In this document: piece after piece, positions 1-7,934 of the stretch
Numbering within the stretch: position 1 is the first letter of the stretch
Layout of the letters: the number at the start of each line of letters is the position of its first letter
Source: Octopus sinensis
Taxonomy: Eukaryota
NCBI RefSeq assembly: GCF_006345805.1
Contig: NW_021827645.1
Coordinates: 1 to 9,788 of the forward strand
Direction: 5' to 3'
DNA: 9,788 nt
The notes under the pieces: generated by a model
The model's database searches: none
Seen by the model: only the letters and a program-made list of their open reading frames with translations
Told to the model about the DNA's origin: nothing
Translations under genes and position numbers: made by a program

Positions 1-205
1 TTGTTGTTGCTGTTAAATAACTCCTTGTTTGATTAATCAACTAAGATTTTATTTGTTTATAATTTGTTCCGATTTAGTTGCAGCTCTTGTTGTTATTGTT
101 GTTGTTGCTGCTGTTGTTTTACACCAGGTTAACCCTTATAGAACAATTCTATGGACAAAATCATTCCATCCGTAACAATTCCTTTTTAACCTTTCATTAT
201 TTCAG

Positions 206-264
206 GATACCTGCAAATATATTATTCGAAGTGTTATTCTCTAAAATCCTACTCTTTTCTTTGA
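206..264 (+). other. Possible small internal exon of an unknown host gene (unconfirmed)
   Basis: Pyrimidine-rich acceptor CCTTTTTAACCTTTCATTATTTCAG ends at 205; donor GTGAGT at 265-270; one open frame (IPANILFEVLFSKILLFSL). No recognisable homology. Confidence 0.2.
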
Positions 265-418
265 GTGAGTGACGTCTGGTTGTTATTTCCTGCATATATT
301 GCGTCCACCTAGAAACAACCTCGCTGCTTCATGTTCTCTTGCCTTTGTACTTTCTTTTTTCCTAATGTTTTTTTAAATTTCTGTCACGAAAATAAATAAA
401 TAAATAAATAAATAAAAT

Positions 419-569
419 GCGTTGTAAGTAGAATGCTTCCAAAAACATGGTTTCGGGTTCAATCCTGTGGCATGGCAAGTTGGACAAGAATCTTCTAATA
501 TATCTCCGGGACGACCCCAAAGCCTTCTCAATGGGTTTGGTAGACGAAAAATGAAAGAAGCACGTTCTA
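419..569 (+). mobile_element. tRNA-derived SINE, 5' half (degenerate head, CORE-like start, middle segment)
   Basis: B-box GGTTCAATCC at 456-465, then GCATGGCAAGTTGGACAAG (CORE-like start), then AAAGCCTT...GGTTTGGTAGACGAAAAATGAAAGAAGCACGT running into a microsatellite. Matches the 5' half of a high-copy octopod SINE as I recall it. Confidence 0.6.
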
Positions 570-593
570 TATCTATCTATCTATCTATCTATC
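570..593. repeat. (TATC)6 microsatellite
   Basis: Direct reading. Confidence 0.95.
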
Positions 594-757
594 TTCCTCT
601 CTGGTCAATCTCTCATCAACTTCTTCAAGTACCACTTGAAAAGGAAAGTGAGAGTAGAGAGGCAAGTTTTGTCTAGCGAATGTTTTAAAAAAGATGGGTG
701 AATGTAGCAAGAATGGCACGTATGAATGACGAAGCCACCTTGAGCATAGTCCTATGA
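594..757 (+). pseudogene. C-terminal remnant of an L1/Tx1-like ORF2
   Basis: 594-692 reads FLSGQSLINFFKYHLKRKVRVERQVLSSECFKK; after a 1-nt frameshift in the A6 run (687-692) it continues RWVNVARMARMNDEATLSIVL* (TGA 755-757). Resembles the basic/aromatic ORF2 tail (HL+.K++.+R..L....F.KRW) of invertebrate Tx1-type elements; family assigned from memory. Confidence 0.6.
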
Positions 758-949
758 ACCCAGAATCGAAAACAGAGAGTGCTTATTTGCAAAAAAAAAA
801 AAATAAATAAATAAAAAAGGAATATAAAAATGTGACTTCATTGACCGAGGTTACCGTGGTCTTTCCGTAGGCTTTTCTTTCCACGGTAAACCTCACCTGT
901 CCTCCCCTTTACACTTCAATTGACATTTCTGTGATAACGATCCCTATGA

Positions 950-1092
950 TCAATTTTTTTTTTTTTTTTTTTTTCTTTTCCCCTTTTTTAAATTTTTTTT
1001 TTAACCCCCTTTTTTTTGGTCCTCTTTCTCTCCTTTTACGATCCCTTTTGATCGAAACTCCCCCTTCTTTTTTTTTTTTTTTTTTTTTTTTT
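950..1092. repeat. T-rich homopolymer / low-complexity tract
   Basis: Several long T runs mixed with C runs; run lengths may be inflated by long-read error. Confidence 0.85.
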
Positions 1093-1165
1093 AAACCTTC
1101 AAAAGAAAAGCTCTACTTGTAATTGTTCTATCTGTGTGCAGCCCTGTGTGGCTAATAAAGAAACA

Positions 1166-1210
<45 letters not shown>

Positions 1211-1233
1211 GTCTCTGTCTATCTGTCTGTCTT

Positions 1234-1269
<36 letters not shown>

Positions 1270-1388
1270 CATACATACATACATATATATATAATATATA
1301 TATGTATATATGCGTATATACATATACATATCTATACATACATACATAATACATATATATATACACACACGCACGCACACACACACAT
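1166..1388. repeat. Compound microsatellite (TATC)11-(TCTG)n-(TATC)n-(ACAT)n-(AT)n-(AC)n
   Basis: Direct reading. Confidence 0.95.
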
Positions 1389-1389
1389 T

Positions 1390-1728
1390 GTTGACCCCCT
1401 TCGATCACGACACTGACCATGGGATTGCACCTAGAAAGTTACCCTCCTAGTCACAAGTCTGGGCAAGGTGGTTTATGGAAGACCAGCAGTCGCCCATGCA
1501 TACCGGCCTCCCCTCTCCATGCCACCAGTGTTATCCAAGGGAAAGACAAAGGTCGATACAGCTTGGCACTTGTGACGTCGCAACTCATTTCTAAAGCTGA
1601 GTGAACTGGAGCAACGTGAAATAATGTGTCTTGCTCAAGAACACAACACGCTGTCCGGTCTGGGATTCGAGCTCACAACCTCACGATCGTAAGCTCGACG
1701 CTCTAACCATTGAGCCATGCGCCTTCAC
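1390..1728 (-). mobile_element. Near full-length tRNA-derived CORE-type SINE
   Basis: Minus strand: A-box TGGCTCAATGG (1717-1707), B-box-like GCTCGAATCCC (1672-1662), then GTGTTGTGTTCTTGAGCAAGACACATTATTTCACGTTGCTCCAGTTCACTCAGCT..AAATGAG, colinear with the MIR/CORE domain (GTGACCTTGGGCAAGTCACTTAACCTCTCTGAGCCTCAGTTTCCTCATCTGTAAAATGGG). The head resembles tRNA-Arg. Confidence 0.85.
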
Positions 1729-1744
1729 ATACATACATATATAT

Positions 1745-1983
1745 ACGTGTGTGTGTCCTTGAGATTGTGTTTTTTCCTCACCACCGCTCGACAACCGGTG
1801 TGGGTTTGTTTACGTGCCCCATAACCTAGCGGTTCAGTAAAGTAGACCGATGGAATAAGTACCAAGGTTAGAAAACAAAAACAAATACGTAATGGGGTCG
1901 ATTTGTTCGTCGAAATAATTCTTGAAAGCGGTGCTGTAGCATGGCCGTTATCTAATGAATGAAAATGATTGAAGAATAAAAGA
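1745..1983 (+). mobile_element. 3' half of the same SINE family as 419-569
   Basis: (GT)n, then CCACCGCTCGACAACCGGTGTGGGTTTGTTTACGTGCCCCATAACCTAGCGGTTCAG..GACCGATGGAATAAGTACC..GGGGTCGATTTGTTCG..GCGGTGCTGTAGCATGGCCG..GAATAAAAG, the post-microsatellite tail of a very common octopod SINE as I recall it. Confidence 0.65.
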
Positions 1984-2172
1984 TTACAACCGACTCAACA
2001 ACAATTGCTACCATGGTTACCACTAACATCATCACCATCACTATTATTAAAACCAATGGCGACAATGATAATAGACACCCCCCAGCAGGAGCAACGCAAC
2101 AAGCATCTTTACCAATATTATTGATACAACCACCATCGTTGCGGATATCGATATCATGACAACCATTATCGC

Positions 2173-2664
2173 CAGCAGCAGCAGCAGCAGCACCACCACC
2201 ACCACCACCACCACTACCTCACTGACACTACCACCACCATAACCACCGCCACCACTACCACTACCACCACCACCACCACCACCACCAACAACAACAACAG
2301 CAACAACACCACTTCCACCACTAACACCATCACCGTCACCACCACCGCTATCTCCACCACCATCACCGCACCACCACTACCACCACCACTAACAACAATA
2401 ACAATACCAATACCACCACCACCACTGCCACCCCCACCAACACAACCACTATCAAAATAATTACCACAATCACAACCACATCTACCTCAACCAGCAAAAC
2501 CACTACCATCAAAACAACCACCACTACCACAACTTTACTCCAATCAACACCACCACAACTACCACCACTACTACCACAACCACTACTACTACCACCATTA
2601 CTATAACGATCAAAACACCACAAACCATAACTATCATCATCAACGCTGTCGTCATCATCATCAT

Positions 2665-2696
<32 letters not shown>

Positions 2697-2946
2697 TCAT
2701 CACCACACCATCATCATCATCATCATCATCACCATCATCATCATCATGATCATCATCACCACCACCACCACCACCATCATCACCACCACCATCACCATCA
2801 TCACCACCATCATCACCATCATCACCACCATCATCATCCTCATCACCACCACCATCATCATCATCATCATCATCCTCTTCCTCATCCTCATCCTCATCCT
2901 CATCCTCCTCCTCCTCCTCCTCATCATCATCATCATCAACATCATC

Positions 2947-3007
<61 letters not shown>

Positions 3008-3062
3008 CCCTCATCATCATGACCGTCATCGTTATCACCATCCTCACTATCTCACCTACAAC
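2173..3062. repeat. ~0.9-kb compound trinucleotide array (CAG/CAC/CAA/CTA grading into CAT/CTC)
   Basis: Direct reading; source of the poly-V, poly-M and poly-I ORFs. Confidence 0.95.
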
Positions 3063-3170
3063 TACCAGCATCCACCAACAACGACGAGTCAACGAGAAAG
3101 ACTCTATGCAGCCGTTTGAACCGCTAGAGATAGCTACCAACAACAACACGTTCATATCACACCCTTGAAG

Positions 3171-3279
3171 TTTAAAAAAATATAATGAGGACACGCTGGC
3201 TAATGTGGACCTCGGTTTTCTTGTACATAGAGAAAAGGATTGCAATAGCTGGAGATCTCCGTTCAGAAGTGACCTCGAA
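3171..3279 (+). other. Possible internal exon (unconfirmed)
   Basis: AG at 3169-3170, GTAAGC donor at 3280-3285, open non-repetitive frame LKKYNEDTLANVDLGFLVHREKDCNSWRSPFRSDLE. Weak polypyrimidine tract, no recognised homologue. Confidence 0.25.
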
Positions 3280-3324
3280 GTAAGCAACCACAACACCAAA
3301 AATAACAATTACAAAATCTATTTA

Positions 3325-3532
3325 CAGTAAATCCCTCACCATATCACGGTTAACTTATCACGCACTCAGTACATCGCGGATTTTTCTGGCTAATACATTT
3401 AGATTTACATCGCGGACTGCTCAGTATATTGCGGGTTTCTCAGACCGATAGGTATTTATATATTTTTAGAATTTTAATTATTTCTGTGGGAATTTATGGA
3501 ACGTAACACCAGCGATAGTCGAGGGATTACTG
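3325..3532. mobile_element. 208-bp MITE, Tc1/mariner superfamily (pogo/Tigger-type ends)
   Basis: TA at 3323-3324 and 3533-3534. Left end CAGTAAATCCCTCACCATATCACGG; reverse complement of the right end CAGTAATCCCTCGACTATCGCTGG. Repeated ATCGCGG-like subterminal motifs; no ORF. Confidence 0.85.
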
Positions 3533-3769
3533 TAAACAATAACAGAACGAGAAAAAATAGTAAAGGTTGTATCATAATCACCACCATCAGCACCAATAAT
3601 AACAACAAGATCAATCACAACAACACCTGTATCACGACCATCAGCTGCTTTTATTACACAGCAACAGTATTATTAGAATTACCGCCGCCCCACCTCGAAA
3701 CTACATTAACGAAAATATTAAAGATAAAACGGCAGTAGCAACAGATATTATAAACACACACAATACAGA

Positions 3770-3867
3770 CGCACACATGCATTTATGTATGCATATATGC
3801 TTGTATGTATATGAAAATTTATGTGTACATGTATAGATTTATATATATATATATATACATATTTATA

Positions 3868-3902
<35 letters not shown>

Positions 3903-4173
3903 GCGCATGTGTAGTTTGTACGTATATTTATGCATTTATGCATGTATATGTTTATCTGTCTGTCTGTCTGTCTCTCTATACATATATACATTATATATAT
4001 ATATACATGCATATGCATATACATACATACACATGTATATATATATATGTACATATATATATATATATATGTATATATGCATGCATACACACGCGCTATA
4101 TATACATGCATACACACGCATATATGATATATATATATATATATATATATACGTGCATACACACGCATATATG

Positions 4174-4204
<31 letters not shown>

Positions 4205-4230
4205 ATATATATATATGTACATATATATAT

Positions 4231-4264
<34 letters not shown>

Positions 4265-4272
4265 TATACATA
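3770..4272. repeat. Compound (TA)n/(TG)n/(CA)n/(TCTG)n array, with a 47-bp-period higher-order duplication at 4107 and 4154
   Basis: Direct reading; TGCATACACACGCATATATGATATATATAT occurs at 4107 and 4154. Confidence 0.95.
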
Positions 4273-4502
4273 TACCTGATAAACATAATCTTTCAAGGTA
4301 ACGTATGATCAAGTGGACATTGATGGATTGGCAAGTAGGGTTAGCTTGAGCGGTTATTTAGTTTGATATTACATGTATAGACATGTGTGCCTGCAAGGAT
4401 TTGTGTCTACCGGAGTGGCAAATTGGAAGAGAATTCATACAAAATTCAGAGAGCTCGTTGCACACCCATCGGTGTTATGTGACAACGTGCACGTTGCTGC
4501 AA

Positions 4503-4878
4503 TAATGAAGATGACAATGTTGATGACGACGACGATGATGACGATGATGACGATGATGATGATGATGATGATGATGACGACGACGCTGATGACGACGATG
4601 AAGATGATAACGATGATGATGATGATGATGATAATGATAATGAGAATGATTATGATGAGAATGATGGTGATGTTGATGATGATGATGATGATGATGATGA
4701 CGATGTTGATGATGACGACGACGACGACGATGATGATGATGACCATGATGATGATGATGATGATGACGACGACGATGATGATGACGACGATGATGATGAT
4801 GATAACGATGATGATGATGATGATGAGGATGATGATGATGATGACGACGATGAGGCAGAGGGGGACGACGACGACGAG
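4503..4878. repeat. (GAT/GAC)n array
   Basis: Direct reading. Confidence 0.95.
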
Positions 4879-5240
4879 CAGGTGGAGGAGAAGGACAATG
4901 GCGGAGGGGAGAGAAAGCGAGTGCAGAAGAAAATGAAGAAACTTGTTGCTATGAAATTGATTATGATAATAAAGCGATGAGGTTGTTCTCGTTCTTCATT
5001 TTGTTGTTGTTTTTGTTGTTGATAATAATGATGATGATGATCGTGATGAGGATGATGCTGATGAAGAGAAGGAGGAAGACGAAAAGGAATAGCAAACGGG
5101 GGAAAAAGAGGTTAGAGGAGAAATAAAGGTAAGTGATGATGATGATGATATTATCAAAGTTGACGATGATTAAAAAAATACCTTTATTTTTCCCCCACCA
5201 GGAAGCATGCATGAGGATACGTTGTAAAATTGCAATAAAG

Positions 5241-5273
<33 letters not shown>

Positions 5274-5407
5274 ATAATAATAATAATAATATAGTAATAA
5301 TAATAATAATAATAGTAATAATAATAATAATAACAATAATAGTAATAATAATAATAATACTGCTGCTGCTGCTGCGACTACAACTGTTACTACTCTACTA
5401 CTACTAT

Positions 5408-5464
<57 letters not shown>

Positions 5465-5483
5465 AACTACTATTACTACTACT
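5241..5483. repeat. Compound (CTA)n-(TAA)n-(CTG)n-(CTA)n-(CTG)n array
   Basis: Direct reading. Confidence 0.95.
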
Positions 5484-5485
5484 GT

Positions 5486-5800
5486 CGTGGTACTCAGTCG
5501 GTTGCGACGACGAGGTTTCCTGGTGATTCGATCAAGGGAACAGCCTGCTCGTGAAATTAACGTGCTGAGCACTCCACAGACACGTGTACTTTTGATGTAG
5601 TTCTCGATGGGTGGGGGAGATTCAGTGCGGCACAAGTGTGTGACAAGGCTGGCCCTTTTGAAATACAGGTACAACAGAAACAAGAAGAAAGAGTGAAAAA
5701 GAAGCTTGTAGTGAAAGAGTACAGCAGGGTTTGCCACACCTCCACCCCTGCCGGATTCTCGTGGAGCTTTAGGTGTTTTCGCTCAATAAGCACTCACAAT
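5486..5800 (-). mobile_element. SINE body lacking its tRNA head
   Basis: GGAACAGCCTGCTCGTGAAATTAACGTG..CTGAGCACTCCACAGACACGTGTAC..GTGACAAGGCTGGCCCTTT..GAAAGAGTACAGCAGGG..CCCCTGCCGGA..GGAGCTTTAGGTGTTTTCGCTCAATAAGCACTCACAA matches a common octopod SINE as I recall it, and stops where its head would begin. Needs a repeat-library check. Confidence 0.55.
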
Positions 5801-5807
5801 ACTATCA

Positions 5808-5868
<61 letters not shown>

Positions 5869-6012
5869 CATTATAATTTATTTATTATTATTATTATATT
5901 ATTATTAATATTATTATTATTATTATTGTTATTATTTATATATTATTAATATTATCATTATTATATTATTATTATTATATTATTATTATTATTATTATTA
6001 TTATCATTATTA
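5801..6012. repeat. (TTA)n array
   Basis: Direct reading. Confidence 0.95.
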
Positions 6013-6057
6013 TCCAGGTCAAAGACTGGAATCGGACTTGGATTCTTGGGGTTAGTA
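6010..6057 (-). mobile_element. 5'-truncated tRNA-like head (inverted), homologous to 7953-8000
   Basis: Minus strand TACTAACCCCAAGAATCCAAGTCCGATTCCAGTCTTTGACCTGGATAA aligns without gaps to 7953-8000 (35/48 identical). Confidence 0.75.
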
Positions 6058-6081
6058 ATAATAATAATAATAATAATAATG

Positions 6082-6139
<58 letters not shown>
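6056..6139. repeat. (TAA)n array
   Basis: Direct reading. Confidence 0.95.
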
Positions 6140-6140
<1 letters not shown>

Positions 6141-6282
6141 CTTAGAAATGAGAACCCAGATTCGAAATTTCCCCAAGACACCTAATGAAGGCTGGAGGGT
6201 ATATCAGCCGAAACGTTGTGTTAACAACAAAACAAGATGAGGCGAAATATCCGACAAATGTAAATAATGTAAATAATGTAAA
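6140..6282 (+). mobile_element. Hammerhead-bearing repeat tail, copy B (Penelope pLTR-like)
   Basis: Colinear with 8179-8301: 33/42 identical upstream of the core and 33/36 across the core; ends in (AATGTAAAT) x ~3. Confidence 0.85.
6177..6222 (+). ncRNA. Minimal type I hammerhead ribozyme, probably inactive (G5A)
   Basis: Stem I GACAC/GTGTT; core CTAATGA (6182-6188, consensus CTGATGA) plus an extra A; stem II GGCTG/CAGCC; GAAAC (6210-6214); GTT triplet at 6215-6217. Confidence 0.75.
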
Positions 6283-6674
6283 GACAACCAGTATAAAAGG
6301 ACTGAAAGCAGAAACAATTGTTGTAATAAAATGTGCTTTGGGATTGATAATAAAAAATACGGAGACAGGTATACAATGAAAACACTTAGCCTCACGATTA
6401 TATTGGTGGTTTATATATGAATACACACGCAAACACACACACACACATACACGTATATGATTGTACGTATGGATGTGTATATTTGATAATGATAATTCAG
6501 TCGTTCGATCAATTGTATTGCCTACTTCTGAATTAACATATAAATCGGTGAGTATCCCCCAGGCACGTGTATCAAGAATTTAATTCTCAGGCATAATTAC
6601 AGTATATGGCATCGTTATACTTTTGAGTTCGAAGTACAATCCATCCAACAAACTTATATACAATTACTGTCAAT

Positions 6675-6741
6675 CCAAGGTACCATGCAGCTGAATCGAA
6701 CGCGAGACCTTGTGTTTACAAAACGAATTATTCAGCCATAC
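6675..6741 (-). mobile_element. Degenerate tRNA-SINE head
   Basis: Minus strand: TGGCTG A-box remnant, B-box GTTCGATTC (6701-6693), then CTGCATGGTACCTTGG (CORE-like start, compare 471-486). Confidence 0.5.
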
Positions 6742-6744
6742 TAC
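6733..6744 (+). repeat. Left copy of a 12-bp direct repeat (putative TSD) CAGCCATACTAC
   Basis: Identical to 8302-8313; both copies abut the 3' ends of the two outward-facing hammerhead tails. Confidence 0.8.
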
Positions 6745-6822
6745 TGTTCTATATTTTTGAGATGAGGAATTGTGCGCAATGTTTACATTGGATGGATATG
6801 TGTCCTCATCTTGTTTGTTGTT

Positions 6823-6868
6823 ACCACAACGTTTCGTCTGATTTACTCTCCAGCCTTCATCGGGTGTC
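6823..6868 (-). ncRNA. Minimal type I hammerhead ribozyme, copy C, probably inactive (U4C plus stem II mismatch)
   Basis: Minus strand GACAC-CCGATGA-A-GGCTG-GAGAGTAAAT-CAGAC-GAAAC-GTT-GTGGT. Confidence 0.75.
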
Positions 6869-6900
6869 CTGGTAGAATTTTGAACCTAACCCTGATGTTA

Positions 6901-6905
6901 TAAAT

Positions 6906-6972
<67 letters not shown>

Positions 6973-6975
6973 TAT
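6901..6975. repeat. (TAA)n array
   Basis: Direct reading. Confidence 0.95.
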
Positions 6976-7126
6976 GATAATTACAACAACAACAGGTTTG
7001 AAAGACGAGCTAGTTTATGTTGTGGCTTCTCTGTATGCCTCCATTAAAATTTAATGTCGGCTCCGTACCGATTAGGGAATACTGTTCTGGAAAGTGAGAC
7101 AGGTAAATTTATATCGCGGACTTCTC

Positions 7127-7201
7127 AGTAGTAGTAACAGCAGCAGCAGCAGCAGCAGCAGTAGCAGCAGTAGTAGTAGCAGTAGTAGTAGTAGTAGTAT
7201 A

Positions 7202-7240
<39 letters not shown>
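7127..7240. repeat. (TAG)/(CAG)n array
   Basis: Direct reading; reverse-complement motif class of 8002-8110. Confidence 0.95.
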
Positions 7241-7241
<1 letters not shown>

Positions 7242-7867
7242 TCGCTATTAAAATACTATAGAGTGACAATTCCATCATAATGCTTCCAGTAGACAAGGGC
7301 AATGCTATGGTTGGTGATGAACAATTCTGACTACTCTGAGAAATAGGCAAGTCTCATAAGTGATGGTAAAAGGCAAAGTAAAGAAAGACCCAATTCTGAA
7401 AACAGAGAGGATGTTGTCGCAGATCTTAATCAAGAACAAGGAGCACCTCATGCCAAAGAAGTACAGACAACTGACCCAACAATACAGTAAGTTACCACAC
7501 AGGTCTACCTAAGATTGATAAGGTTGGTATTCCATTAAGACCCACAGTAAGCGGTAGAGGTTCGGCATGTGATCCACTGAACCACTTCCTTGAGGATATA
7601 GTCAGTCCATTAGCAGGTTAGTCAACATCAAATGTGAATAATTCCAGCCACTTCACAAAACTGATCAATGTATGGAAAAGCGAAGTTCACCTTCCCCTGT
7701 GGGATAAAGTTGAAATAATAGACAGAGAACACCACTGGAAAATACGTAAACTAAAAGAAGCAGCACATATGCTACGACACAACAACATCCTAAGCAGACG
7801 TAGTGGAGATATGAGTAGCATATGGGAACAGGTATTAAGGAAGGATACAAAAATATTAGGTTTATGA
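7241..7867 (+). pseudogene. Penelope-like reverse transcriptase N-terminal region fused by internal deletion to the GIY-YIG endonuclease C-terminal tail
   Basis: Stitching three frameshifts (~7313, ~7371, ~7501) gives FAIKIL*SDNSIIMLPVDKGNAMV / VMNNSDYSEK*ASLISDGK / GKVKKDPILKTERMLSQILIKNKEHLMPKKYRQLTQQYSKLPH / GLPKIDKVGIPLRPTVSGRGSACDPLNHFLEDIVSPLAG*STSNVNNSSHFTKLIN, with the PLE RT motifs PADKG and YGLPKxHK..PLRPIVS. It then continues VWKSEVHLPLWDKVEIIDREHHWKIRKLKEAAHM..., typical of the PLE GIY-YIG tail (W..V.I+D.E..W..R.+KEA.H+). TGA at 7865-7867. In-frame stops at 7259, 7344 and 7619. Confidence 0.9.
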
Positions 7868-7934
7868 GCCCTAAAATTCACTTTATAATTGTCCGTGGAC
7901 AATTATAGAGTGAATTTTAGGGCTTATAAACCTA
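7857..7934. repeat. 78-bp near-perfect palindrome (38-bp arms, 2-nt spacer)
   Basis: Arms 7857-7894 and 7897-7934; the two mismatches are both G-U compatible. Confidence 0.95.

Larger units (their letters stand above)
594..1165 (+). mobile_element. 5'-truncated non-LTR retrotransposon (L1/Tx1-like) 3' end: ORF2 C-terminus plus 3' UTR
   Basis: ORF2-like C-terminal peptide at 594-757, 3' UTR stem-loop at 847-894, AATAAA at 1154-1159, followed immediately by (TATC)11; the 5' junction also abuts (TATC)6. Confidence 0.6.

Noticed and set aside
128-205. Extra mini-exon 128-171 (VNPYRTILWTKSFHP) that would splice in frame to 206
   Set aside because: Requires a 34-nt intron with a weak GTAACA donor; implausibly short.
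950-1092. Very long T and C homopolymers as a functional element or antisense poly(A)
   Set aside because: The pattern of uniformly stretched runs suggests low-quality or long-read homopolymer error; lengths are unreliable.
2363-3308. Long ORFs rich in Val, Met, Ile, Thr or His
   Set aside because: Translations of trinucleotide arrays that lack stop codons in those frames; no domain content.
3805-4308. Multiple overlapping YI/CV/TH-repeat ORFs on both strands
   Set aside because: Dinucleotide microsatellite artefacts.
4373-4936. 187-aa ORF
   Set aside because: More than 75% is (GAT/GAC)n-derived poly-Met/Thr; only the first ~45 codons are non-repetitive.
6883-6893. Telomere-like AGGGTTAGGTT (minus strand) at the junction of hammerhead copy C
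   Set aside because: Under two repeat units; expected by chance, and this element has an endonuclease-type tail.
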